Source: Auanema rhodensis
Taxonomy: Eukaryota > Animalia > Nematoda
Assembly: GCA_964057225.1 (NCBI GenBank)
Contig: OZ059896.1
Location: forward strand, 14,446,001-14,510,000
Reading direction: 5' to 3'
DNA: 64,000 nt
Shown here: in pieces, positions 1-12,845 of the stretch
How the letters are laid out: each line of letters starts with the position of its first letter
Numbering within the stretch: position 1 is the first letter of the stretch
Made by a program: the position numbers and the translations under genes
The notes under the pieces: model-generated
Database searches by the model: none
What the model was told of the DNA's origin: nothing
What the model saw: only the letters and a program-made list of their open reading frames with translations

Positions 1-171
1 TGATTTAGATAGTTCAGTATCATCAAATCAAGCTTCATCCTACCACTAAGTTTTTTTTAACTTAGGTTTTTCTGTTTTCTCCGACAATCAACTGGTGCAT
101 GTACAATATTTTGTCTCATTTATATAAAATCTCTAGAAATCTCAAAGTAAAGTAGCGACTGTGCTCTTTCA

Positions 172-173
<2 letters not shown>

Positions 174-215
<42 letters not shown>

Positions 216-241
216 ATATATTTCTATCTCTTTCTCTCTCT
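174..241. repeat. (CT)n microsatellite
   Basis: Long ctctct run visible at 174-210, continuing imperfectly to ~241. Confidence 0.95.
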
Positions 242-613
242 TTACATATATATGTATGTATCCCTCTCCCTTCCCTCGTTTTCTTTTTGCCACGACGAAT
301 TCTTTTTTAAAGAAGAATCTGTTTCACGTATTTTTAAAAATGTGTATTCATTTGTTGTTATTCGCATATTTCATTATCTTAGAAATTTGTGGATTTAATC
401 CATAGTTCAAGGTCTGATATCATCATCTCAATGCTCATAATATATACATAATTTCTATTTTTAATTCCAAAAAATTAATAAAAATATTAAATTTTGTTTA
501 GAATTCTATTATTTGACGTTTAGAACTGAATATTTAAAATAATATTTGTAAAATCAACTGATAGAATCTTGATATTAACAGACAATAAGTTAAACAAATT
601 ATGATACATTGAT

Positions 614-3146
614 CTAATGACTGTCGGTTGGAAGAACTTTCATTGGTAGATTATCCATGGAGCAACTGAAATTTAATACTTAAACTTGAAAAACATACTA
701 AACTGTTAGATGTAATGAAAAATTCATTAAAACAACAAGTAGGACAAGAAGACAATGGGACAAACTAAACTTAAAAATTCGTATAATTGACAAGTAAAAA
801 GCTCACGAATCACAACAGAAGTTACATGTTAGCTCTTTTAGTCTCAATGACAAACCTGTAAAGGCACTGTTGAGCTGTAGCAGCAAGGAAGAGGAAAAGC
901 ACACAGAACTTGAAGATAGCAATCATTGAGAAATTCTGAAAGTTTATAGATTTGATTGGAGAAAGAAAAATGTTTTAGTTAACCTGTAAAAGGATAAAAA
1001 CAACAATGATGTTGAGAGGAATACGGAAGAGGTTGATGGTTGTTGAGCGAGTTTCTTCTGGAACGTACGCTCCACGTAAGCATCCCATTGCTGGCCAGAA
1101 GATTCCAACACAGACCTGACCGAGATTTAATGAATAATTTACTTAATCTCTAAAATAGTTACCTCGAAGAGGATGAAAGCAGCAAAGATGAGGGCACTGT
1201 TGTCGGGAGCAATAATGGGAATTGAAAGACAAATAGCACTCAATAAGAGAACATATCTATAAAGCTATACTTGAAAGAGACAACTCGAAAGATAATCTGT
1301 TACCTCATGAAATCCTCGGGTGGAGAATTCTTAGCAATAATCTTGAAAACAGAAGATCCTATCATAGTAGCTACCATGAATGCTGCGAAGATGAAACCAT
1401 GGGGAATGCTAGAACTTTCACCCTCGGCAGTTGCAGCCTGAACTGATAGTATTTCAAAATTATGAGAATCAGTTGTCACTCACAGCAGTAAGAGCTGGGG
1501 TCCATTCCAACACGAAAACATACATGGATCCCTCGAAGAGAGATTGAACAAGTCCCAAGCAAAGTACCTTGACATCTGAATAACGGAGCTGACATGAATA
1601 TGGATCGAAGCAATCAACAAACCACTACGAATGTTGAAAATAGCTCTAGAGAATGACTCCTGTACAGCAGCTTTTTCATTTCCATAGTTTTCAGGCCAGG
1701 TATTCATGAGAACAATACACATAAGACCAAGAATAACAAGAGCTACATCGAAAGGTGCTCTAAAAGAATAAGAAAAGTAATTAATATATTTCTCATCTAA
1801 AAAAGAGAAGAAGATACATATAATTATAAAAACTTACACATAACCAAAATGGTCAGCAACAAATTGGGCAACTACACCAGATATTATAGCAACTAAAGAG
1901 TTACCTAAGGCGGCATGTGAAAAGATATTTCCAAGCTGAGTATCAGAAAATCCTCTCTGAAATCGATTATGGTAATCTTCAATACGTTAATTATCGATGA
2001 ACTATTCTTATCTATTTCTTGTTCAAAATCTGATTGAGAAACACCGAATAAAAAGAAGATCGCTAAGATAGCCTCATTTTTGAATGAAATTTTGTCTCCT
2101 TGATTCGAACTAGAGCGGAGATTTCTATAAACTCTCACCTTATTGTGTTCGCAGACTAGCCAAGATTCAAAGGCTGAGTAAAGAATACTTGTGGCCATTC
2201 CTCCTAAGAATCGTCCAATCATAAGAATTTCGATTGAAGCAAAATGCTTAGTGATACATGATCCTCCATACAGAAGTCCATAGATAATACAGTTGTTACG
2301 TCGCCCACTGAAAAGAATCATATTTTCTCAGATTCATACATAGGTTGCTTGAGGAAAAACGTACAATTTGTCAGCAAAAGAGCCAACAATGGTACCAAAT
2401 AGTAGACTTGATCCGAAGCCGGCAATAAAAAGTATTTCGATTTGATGCTTTGTCATGCCATATGAATCGTAAAGAGCATAAACATGAGGCCCCTGAAGCC
2501 AATCACCAGCTGCAAAAGATATTTTCAGTTAACCTTAAAGCTATTTTTGTCTGAATTTTTGGAATTTGAACTGTTTTTCTCATGCACACTAATTTTGTTT
2601 TCGTAAAGCAATGCTTTGACAGTCATACAACTGTTTAAACAACATATAAATGAATTAGATTCATGTAGATGAGACGAGAGAAAGAGATTTTTATGGTCAC
2701 AACGTTGTGTTTGTCAAATATTTCATATATTATACCAAATGTTAGCTATATCAAAATTGATTTAAATAAGCTATACTACTTATATTCAAGCAAGCCTAGA
2801 TCATCCTGTAAATCGAAGGCAACAGCTAAAGTGTTGGAGCAAATTTCAAAAAGTATTGTTCTCCATCGGACGAACAAGATGAGCGATTGTGATCAAAAAA
2901 AGCCTGTCAGTTACAGTTTACCGAAGAAATGAATAAGAAAGAGAGAATAACACTCTTAGGTTAAGATAGTTCAAACAAATCAATTTTATCAAAAAAGAAC
3001 TTACCAACGGCCATTAAATATACAATCACATATGTTCTTTGGAAACTTAGAAATGAAGTTTCAGTATTACTTTCCACTTTACTTCTTGTGTAGAAGAATA
3101 AAACTCCGCAAGCAGCAGTTAGGGCATAGAAGACAAGTTGAAACAT
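614..3146 (-). CDS. samt-1: MFSD5 / molybdate-anion transporter family MFS protein (spliced)
   Basis: N-terminal MFQLVFYALTAACGVLFFY, then FQRTYVIVYLMAV-AGDWLQGPHVYALYDSYG, GRFLGGMATSILYSAFESW and CVGIFWPAMGCLRGAYVPEETRSTTINLFRIPLN, all MFSD5 motifs, joined across GT-AG introns. Confidence 0.9.
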
Positions 3147-3809
3147 TTGGCATCAATTTTGATAAATTAAGTACGAATCCTTGAAACTGATGCCCTTAAC
3201 TGTTGCTGAACAAGAGGAGTCGCTCAATGTTCAGATTCCCGGGAAAGGTCCGCCCCCTATTCAATGATTCAAAATTCGCTACCTTATCGAAAATTTAGAT
3301 CGGAGATATATTAGATATTCACTTTCTAATACAAAACTAAGGCTATTGATATTTAGAATAAACTTGCAATCACTGACGATTCTTAGCGATAAACGAAGAA
3401 AGCTTGAAGCATCTTTATAGCTTGAAAGAAAAAACATGATCCAGATTACATCTTAAATCTCAAACTCTCGATTCAAAATTGTAGATCCATGCAGGACAGC
3501 TTAAAAAAGTTTTCAGCAAAGCAGTGCTAGACATATGCTCTCCCACACATTGAATTAGAAAAGAAAAGCATACCTATTATTATTTAAATTGAAATTCAAT
3601 GAAGAAATTGCAAAGATAAAACGGTAAATCATTGAATATGATTGTTTTTAAATTGGCATAACTACCGGCCACACACAATCATTATAAGAGCTTTTTAAAT
3701 TAGAAAAAAATTGAAAGCTTAGCTTCACAAATACAAAAACAATTTATTAAATTGTAGATCTAGCAAGTCTATGAGAGTAACAAAAAATTAACAACTACGT
3801 TTTAAAAAC

Positions 3810-4029
3810 TTAAACAGCATTGGCCCATTCCTCACTGACGCTTCTAGCAATACAGATTCCAGCTGCAAATCCTACTAAACCCTTGAAGATACCCCTTAAA
3901 AAACTTTATTATAATAATCAAAAATAGAGAGACTAACCATTTGAATGGATCGTTATAAACGCTATTAACAATTTCAAAACGAGTATTAATTGGTTCTGGA
4001 CCAGATGGAGCCTGTTGCAAACGAAACAT
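3810..4029 (-). CDS. 58-aa TOM6-like mitochondrial outer-membrane microprotein (exons 4029-3938 and 3894-3810)
   Basis: Spliced product MFRLQQAPSGPEPINTRFEIVNSVYNDPFKWGIFKGLVGFAAGICIARSVSEEWANAV*. TTACAG acceptor just before the ATG and a 43-nt GT-AG intron. GFAAGICIARSVSE resembles metazoan TOM6 LFAAGVWLARNLSD. Confidence 0.7.
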
Positions 4030-4344
4030 TGTGAGATCTGTAAAACTTTCATTAAATTTTTTAAAATCAAAACAAACAATTTAAATTAAATTAATTATAA
4101 TATTAAAATAATAATAAAAGTTGTACTATAAATGATGAAAGGGCCTGAAATATGTCCAAAAAAAATTCAAAACGTAAAATTGCGACCAGAGAGTCAGTGC
4201 ACAAATAGAAGAGATATGAAAGAAAAGGGGAAAGAATCTATGTACTTTGATCAGTCTAAGACATTATCAGTGAGTTGGTGGACTTGGAACCCTACCTTTG
4301 ACGACTTCGCCTCTCAATTTCTCATATAAGTTTGTTTCAAAGTT

Positions 4345-7116
4345 ATGATTCGAACTAACAGAGCTTTAACTTTTACTCGTGTTGTACATGGAGTAAGCAA
4401 TCGTAGGTATTTTTTCTACCTTTTTTAAAAGGTTGCTAACTGATTTTCAAGTTTAGTGCTTCAACTCTGACTGGCAATGACTATCAATTCTTGCAAACCA
4501 GTGAAATTCCTTCTTACCATTTCCAAAAGAGCTTGAGAAGACTTCCGATCCCCAAGCTTGAGGACTCTGTTAAAAGGTTTATTTTAAATTACGTGGGAAA
4601 ATTTGAATTGAAAAAATTTGAGGTACTTGGCCAGTTCAAAGGCTGTTCTGTCCGAAGATGACTATTCCAACACTGAAAAGGCTATTCGTGATTTTGAGAA
4701 GAATGAAGGACCAGGTAAATTATAAATTGGCATATCTTTATATCCATTTCTTTACAGCTCTTCAAGATGCCCTTCTCGATTACGACAAGGCTCATAAAGA
4801 CACCAGCTACATCTCTGAGCCGTGGTTCGACATGTATCTCAGTTCTCGTGTTCCATGTCCCGTGAACTACAACCCTTTCATGATGTATGCTCCTGATCAT
4901 GATGCGCGTTTCAACCATCAAGTTAGAATTTTTGTTCCTGTGATTCCGTCTTTTATCGAATTTTTCAGCTCACTCGTGCTACCAACTTTGCTATTTCCTA
5001 CGCTAGATTCAAGAAGTCTTTAGATGCTAATATCTTAGCTCCTGAAGTGTTTCACATGAATCCGAAGAAAAGCGATACCCCATTCTTCAGAAAAGTCTGC
5101 AAGTAAGTTCAATAGAGTTTATAATGCTTCAACTCGGAACATTTCAGAACATTACCACCAAGCCTTTCATGGTTTGGAGCTGTTGCCTTCAAAGCTTTCC
5201 CACTTGATATGAGTCAGTACAAATCTCTTTTCAATGGAAATAGAATTCCTACTAAAGGAAAAGATATCTTGTATAGGGTAAGTCTACAGTTGCCATGAAG
5301 TAGATCTGATGATTGTTTTAGGACCCTGATGCCAAGCATTTCCTCTGTATTCATAAGGGAAGACTCTTCTCTGTTCGTATCTTTGATGACAATGGTAGTT
5401 GTTTTTAAATTTATATTATCAACAAGATGTTTTAGGTAATATTCTTTCTCCTAGTGAAATTCATTCATCTTTGGCTCATATTCTCAGTAACAGCACAGAG
5501 ATAGCCAATCAAGACTGCGTCGGTATGTCACTTGCTTACTGACTTCTCTGCAGTTGTATTTTTTGTTTTAGGTTCCCTCACCACTCTTGAAAGAGATCAA
5601 TGGGCTGCTACTCGCCTTGAGTTAGAAAATGCTGGAAATCATGAACAACTTAGAGCAGTTGATGGTGCTCTTTTCGCTCTCTGTTTAGATGATTTGAAGA
5701 CTGAGGATCACAAGAGGTATTACCATATTTGGAGCCTTACATACTTATCTTTCGCAGACTTGTTCAGTCTTTACTTATTGGTGATGAAGGAAAGAATCGT
5801 TGGTTCGACAAGTGCTTCCAACTTATCGTTGATGGTATGATGTTTTCATTGCACATGCATTAAAACTCCACTGTTCAGGAAATGGCCAAGCTACCATTAA
5901 CTTCGAGCATTCTTGGGGAGATGGTGTCGCTGTTCTTCGTCTGATGGAAGAATCCTTCAAAGATACCAATAAGAATCACTTTGTATCTCCAGATGATGTA
6001 CCAAAGCCTGTTGAAATCTCCAATGTTCAAGAAATTAGTATGTGATACTCCCTATTTCTTCTCAACTTATACTCGACTTCAGAATTCAAACTTACCGATT
6101 CAATTCGTAACACCATCAATTCTGCCCAAAGTACTCATGTAACGGCTAACTCTGGACTTGACTTTGCTACTATGGAGTACCCGGGAATGAACAGAGATAC
6201 TATCAAGAAGACTAAGCTTTCTCCTGATTCAGTTATGCAACTTGCAATTCAGGTTATTGTTAGATTATTACTATGAAACTTTAATCCTTCAGATGGCTTT
6301 CTACTCTCTCTACAAGGAGTTCGTTCCTACTTATGAGTCATGCTCAACTGCTGCTTTTCTTAAAGGAAGAACTGAGTGCATGAGGCATTTCATTTTAATC
6401 TTATTAGTTAGTAATCTTTCTGCTTAGATCGGCTACTTCAGCCACTCGTGAAGCAACTTTGGCTATCTTGGAAGGCAAAACTGATGTAAGATCTTTATTA
6501 GAGAAGTGTTCTAACGATCACAGTCAATTGGTGAAAGAGGCTTCTATGGGTTAGTTTACTGTTTGTTTTCATATCTTATCGTATAAGAGACAACCTCTAT
6601 CGTATCAGCTTGTCCTTCGTACCATGAATTGATTATTTAAGGCCAAGGTTTTGATCGTCATTTACTTGGTTTGAAGATTACTGCCCAGCGTCAAGGCAAA
6701 GACGTACCTTCTTTCTTTAATGTAAATTTCTTTTAATTTCTTTATTGTACTATTTGCTTTACACAGGATGCCGGTTATAATCGCATGGGACAGTTTGTGC
6801 TTTCAACCAGTACCCTCTCTACTGAAACCATAGTTTTCGGAGGTGCGTTCTATCTGCTCTCGTTGTTTAGTAAAATCAAATCATTCACGTATATTTCTTT
6901 TCCAGGTTTTGGACCAGTTGTTAAGGATGGATTTGGTGTGGGATACAATGTAGTCGCCTCAAAATTGGGTGCCGTCATTTCAAGCCACAAGGTGATCTTT
7001 CGTTTTTCTACTTCCTTTTTTGATACACAGTCACTTTTCAGTCTCAAAAGGATTCTGCTCAGTTCTCTGATGCCTTGTACAAAAACTTAGATATCTTGAA
7101 GAGAATTCTTCAATAA
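4345..7116 (+). CDS. cpt-2: Carnitine O-palmitoyltransferase 2 (spliced)
   Basis: HFQKSLRRLPIPKLEDSVKRYL, TSYISEPWFDMYL, AFPLDMSQY, NRWFDK, FEHSWGDGVAVLR, YESCSTAAFLKGRTE, GQGFDRHL, GFGPVVKDGFGVGY. Confidence 0.95.
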
Positions 7117-7323
7117 TTTATTCGCCAATTAATTTATTTTAAATTTCTTGTATCTATGTATAGACTTGTAGCATTACCGGTTGTAAATTCGAACAGGTGT
7201 ATGAATCATTGTGATATTCTTTTTTGTTTAATTTTTACTAAGACGTATAACCGTCTTTCATTCCCATATTTCCGTCTAAGTGTTTATCGTTATTTTTGGA
7301 CATCAATCGTTCAAATTATTTAG

Positions 7324-8262
7324 ATGGCTGATGATAGTACAAGTAACCGACCTGAAATGGTCGAAGCTGCAAGAAAATTTATGTTAACTGACAAAGTTCG
7401 GGATACACCTTTTGAGGAGCAGCGACAATTCCTCATAAGCAAAGGTTTATTATTAACTCAATAATATTCAGCGAAAATGTTTTTCCTGTTTGAGGAGTTA
7501 CCCCAGCAGAAATTTCTGAAGCTAGAGCTTCCATTCCCGAACAAGCATTAGTGTCGCCCGTTCATCACGGTCCAGCTTATTCTCCTCCTCCCCCATCTTC
7601 CGGTCCTCAAAAGTATGTTAACTGTTAAATAATAAAGAAAACAAATAATAATTTTGAAGAATAGCGTCATTTGCACAATCTGTGCTCGTCATTGGGAGTG
7701 TTTCGTACGCTGGGTACCGTTTTATACGTTCGTATGTTCTTCCTAAATTTTTTGATATTCCTGATCCTGCTACACTTGAATTAAGAAGACTTCAGGTATT
7801 ATTATTTTCTGAATAATATTTTAGTCACCTTCTTCAGTCCCAAGTTAATGAACTACAAAATTCCATGAAGTTTGTTCTTGACAGTGTTTCGCAAACTACA
7901 CAAGCATTAACTCAGATTTCTCAGAAACAAACTGATATTTCACAACTCGAGGTTATTTTTAATTTTTGCCTATTTAAACGTATTCTGTTTCCTTTAGAAA
8001 GGTATCAGTAATATTACAAGCTTATTAGTTCATCGTGATAGTTTTCCACCCATTGGAGCTCCTAAAAGAATTCCTAGCTGGCAAAGTGTAAGTTAACTTA
8101 TTGTTTCGATCTAATCATTACATTATTTATGAATAAATTTTTCAGGATGGCCCTGCCAATGCTCCAAAAAATCTTTATCCTCCAGAAACCAAGGAGGAAG
8201 ATGAGGAATACGTTGATACGGTTGCCGATAATGCAGAAAACGGAAAGATCACACCTGTATAA
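7324..8262 (+). CDS. prx-14: Peroxin PEX14 (spliced)
   Basis: RPEMVEAARKFMLTDKVRDTPFEEQRQFLISKGVTPAEI (Pex14_N), then a TM segment, a coiled coil and IPSWQ. Confidence 0.9.
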
Positions 8263-8568
8263 AGCATTCGTACTTCTATTATTTTAAAAATATTTGTTAT
8301 TTTTCTCACAATTTTTCATTTTGCCATATTACAATTTTCTTGCCTTATATTTCTAATGTGATTCGTATTTTCCCAGGTCATAGTTGTGATTCGTATTGTT
8401 TCCAGGTTACTTGTTATTTATCAAAACTATAGAGCTTACAAATGGACTTTGAAATAAAATTTTAATAATTATTTTCTTTCAGAGAATTTGCTCGGTTTAG
8501 TTCCGAAGTTTACATGAATTATAAAAACTGAAATAAAAATTTTAAAAACCTACGAGTTATTTAGAATT

Positions 8569-9640
8569 ATGAGCATGGTGTTAAGACTTTTAACACGCGG
8601 CTCCCGCATAATAAACAGAGCCTTTTCAGAAGCTTCTCGTGGTGATACAGGTTTTACTTTGGTATAGATTTTTTTTCTATATTGCATGGTTTTTAGGTAT
8701 ATTAGATGGATATCATCCAACACCTCTAGGAGACTCTGATGTAAGCCAAAAAACTCGCATTTCCATGTTATCCACTGAAATGCTCGAAGCAAAGCAGATT
8801 GGAGTGCGTGGTTTATCATGTTATGGTTTCAGAATGATTGATGGGCAATTTGTGTTAGTTTCTTTTGCGAAATTTCCAAGGTAATGAATTTTTGAAGTTA
8901 TGGACCTGTTGCATTATTCCCCAAAACAGTACTATCATGGAGAATTTTAACACCGGATGATATATCCCCAGATTCATTATCATTATTTGTCGCATTAAAC
9001 CCCAAAATAGATATTTTAGTTCTAGGAGTAGGAGACAAAAAAAATATTGATAAGTAGGTTTCAATTTTCTTTAAGGTATGTAAAAAATAATTGTAGAGTT
9101 CGTCAAAGAGTTCATCCTTTTTTGAAAGAACATAAAATTGGATTAGAGATTATGGATACGGTTTGCGCTACTGTACTTAAACATCATAGTTTAACTGACA
9201 TATTTAAGGAAGATGCTATAGCTACATTTAACTTTTTGAATGCAGAAAATCGCTATGTTGCAGCTGGACTTTACCCTCCTGATGATATGGTAATGTTAAT
9301 TACGATGATTTCTTTTGGAAAAAATAGTTTAAAGATTGTTACTAATGATGAGTATGGGCGAGCCTTGAACTTACTGAAAGGATGGGATGTTGTTGATGAG
9401 ATGCCACTTCTTACTGGTATACATGATTCCATAGATTTTGCAGAAGATTTAGTTAAAAAACTATGGAATGGTCAAGGAGATTGGGACACAGTTCGACAAA
9501 AGGTTGAGCATTACTAATGTTGAAGTACAGTAATTAAAAACAAAAAATTAATTCAGGTGTTGGCTTCTCCTGAAGAAAAGGAAGCTCGACAAGCTGCTGC
9601 ATTGGAAGCTAAAAAAGCAAATAAAATTGAAGATAAATAG
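8569..9640 (+). CDS. nuaf-3: NDUFAF3 / Mth938-domain complex I assembly factor (spliced)
   Basis: Mitochondrial presequence-like N-terminus, GPVALFPKTVLSW, PKIDILVLGVG, LEIMDT, EDAIATFNFLNAENRYVAAGLYPP. Confidence 0.9.
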
Positions 9641-11755
9641 GATCTCCTTGTATAATAATATGATATTTTTACCATCTGTCAATTGAATCTTTTTGGTATT
9701 CATATGGAATTCGTTGGCCAATTAGTACAATTAACGTATGCTTATGTAATTTCTTTGAACAGAACAATCTTCGAGTTGCATCATCTCGATTGACCGGGTA
9801 ATTCAGTGTATTTGTCTGAAATTACAGTCTTCGAGACCTAGAACACCTAGACCGTGGGCAGGTGGATATGGTACTAAGCTGTTCACGTAATCCAATGAGC
9901 TATAAATTCCTAGTTATTTCCATGACTTCCTTCTATTAATCCGATTTGTTAGAAAGTTTTACGAGATATCCAGTAGCTAGCCTAGACACACATGTTCAAA
10001 CAAATTGTTTGCCAATGTGACACATGAAACCCCAAAAATCACATCCGTTTATTCTGCAGTATAACTCCTTTCGATTCTCTCGACAGTTGTAAACCATTAA
10101 GCTCTTGAACGACTTTGATTTGCATGATTTCTCCCCCTAAGACATAATCAGTTTTCACCATCATATCCTATCGACACATTAATGGTTTATATTAGGCATA
10201 AAGACTGTAAATTTCGAGTGCATGGTGTCTGCCAACCGTATGACACCCCATTATATTGTTTGTCAACGACTTCGATAAACTAACCATATGTAGATTTTAA
10301 AGACAGAAAATCTAATGAATTTCTTTAAAATTTAAAGGAAATTTTTCCAGATTTTCCTTAAAGCAAACGATTTTCTTTCATTCCTTTGTCTTTGTAAAGA
10401 GGATTGTATTCTTAGCTAATGGCCATGCAAGCGATATGTTAACAAGAATAATGAATACTTGACCCTACAGGTAAAGACTGAGAGAGAATAGTGATTGATC
10501 TTCAAATTTGAAGTGGTCCAATCTTGACATGACGTGAAGCTTCCAGAAGTGTTTTTAAGATGATGGATCGGAAAGGTTGGAAGTCCTGAACACCCCGTTG
10601 TGTGTCTTGACCCCCACTATTGACGTCACTTCTTAAATATCGTTAATCCGATTGTGATAACCTGGAGAATACCGCTATCTAGTTATGTAATAGAAGTTTA
10701 AAAAAAAGAACCTATTCCTATTCAAAATTACATATCATTACGAATACATGTTTCTTGGACCACTTGCATGATCAAAAGTTAACGGCTATGCAGCCTTCAC
10801 AAGCCTTCTTATTACAAGGAAGATTAAGTTTTATGAAGTAGAGATAAGAATTCTGTGTCACTTTGGCACTTCAAACATATCCGCCTTTGAAGATGTACAA
10901 GAACTATGTGAAAATTAAGGGTGGCTGCAGCTACAAACAGCAGGACAGCAATTGCCGTAGGAAAACCGGCACCTTAAGAGGTGGTAACCCTCCCGACAAA
11001 AATCATTGCTTTTTCCCAGATGGCCCATAAAGAAAAATGTTCTGGATATGGAAATGATTTTTGAAACGGTTCACTCAAAAAAATTGAAAAATTCTAAAAA
11101 ACTATATCATCAGACGTTTAAACTTGTTCAACCATCTGCACGCCAAATATTTTGAATAATACTCTAGAAGAGTTTTCGTGAATTCCATGGTGACATTTCA
11201 AATATTTCTATTTTATACCATAATATTCTAATATTTTTTGAATTCATAATGTTGATTCTCATCATTTTATATTTTAAAATGTTATGAATGGTTTAAGTAT
11301 TCTTCATAGAAAATAAAAGTCATCTTGAATGAATTATAAAAACTTTGTTTTAAACGTTCAACATTTAATGAACATGTGTCAAACTGTTACATTGTATTCT
11401 AATTCTCATGTTGAAGTCAAGAAAGTGTGTCAGCTTAACCTCATCGGTCATGTTGTCGTTTACACCTATTGACCTCTGACGTAATCTTGTATACAGTAAC
11501 ATTAGCCTCATCTCATGCTATTTTAAAGACTCCTCCCCATGACTAATCCTACCAAGCTGATTTAATCCAATTTGAGCTGTCTGACCCCCCAAACTGCCCC
11601 TTATTCTACTGTACTGTTAACCCCGCCTCCTCTACCACCCGATGGTAAACTCCGCCTCTGTCCTGCTCCAAAATAAGACCAGTTTGTCTCGAGCAACTAA
11701 AGAAGTCATTTGCATCTCCTGTCTTCTACAATTATTCTAACAACTTCATTTGAAA

Positions 11756-12384
11756 ATGAGTGAAATGAGCACACCAATGACTTCCCCTAACTACCCGTTT
11801 GACTATTCTTACGCTCAAGTCTGTAGTAATCCAACTTCAGCAGTAAATGAGATGGTAAGCATTTCGTCAATATTCTTCCTCATCTTTTTTTTTAGAAACG
11901 TGAAAAGAGAAGATACAGATGTCGTAAGCGCAGTCCAGCTACTATTGAGCGCGCTCGTCTTATTAGAAGAGATAAGGTACCTAGTTTTAGTCTTTTTTTC
12001 AACAATTTTCTTTCACAAAATTGATATATTCTTACTGTTTACTTCAGGCCAATGCTCGTGAAAGAAGACGAATGAACAGTTTAAACGATGCTTTGGAAAC
12101 ACTCAGAACAATCTTGCCACAGTTACCAGATGAGCCAAAAATGACCAAAATTGAAACTCTTCGTGTAGCTCAAGGGTAAATATTTAAATCATTTTCACGT
12201 TACCCAACTATTATACTTTTTTAGATACATCCGCTACTTAAGTAATATACTTTCTCAATCAGACCCTGAAAACCAATGCCTAGCCAGCCTAGCAAGCCTA
12301 CAAGACGATCCATCACCATCGTATTCGTATTTTTCATCACCCGAATATAAGGATTTCTATAGTACCAATCAAAATAATTTCTAA
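11756..12384 (+). CDS. ngn-1: Neurogenin bHLH transcription factor (spliced)
   Basis: [63 protein letters not shown] bHLH. Confidence 0.92.
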
Positions 12385-12845
12385 GAATATGTAACACAAA
12401 TTATGATCTCCTCAAATTACATGTACATATATAAATTGCACGTTTTATGGGTTTACCAATAAAGTTTATATTGTAAATTATAGTTTTGTATCGAATACAA
12501 ACCATATTAATATTATTGAACTCTTTTGACCCTCCTAATATACGTCTTTTCTACAAAGATATCCCACAGTGAGCAATTAGAAGCTATCTTTTATATTCGT
12601 TGACTTGGATAATAGTTAGCTGTACAACTTCACAGAGGCCGGCAGAATAGCAAAGTAAAGAAGACAACAAAGAAGATATGATCAGATATAAGACATCAAA
12701 TTCAGATCCATACGAGAGTATATTTAAGCAATGTGAAAAATAACAAAATGTTGTGCACAACATACATAGCTAGCTAATAAGTAGATGAGGTAGAATTTTG
12801 ACAGACAATATTACTATTTTTTGCTTACAATGAAGTTTTTGTTGT

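Noticed and set aside
8357-8409. Two imperfect ~25-bp direct repeats (tgtgattcgtatt...ccaggt) after prx-14
   Set aside because: Only two copies; a simple local duplication, not CRISPR-like.
10861-10901. TTTGGCACT seed-like sequence in a short hairpin (possible mir-791)
   Set aside because: The stem is only ~15 bp and the sequence after the seed does not resemble miR-790/791.
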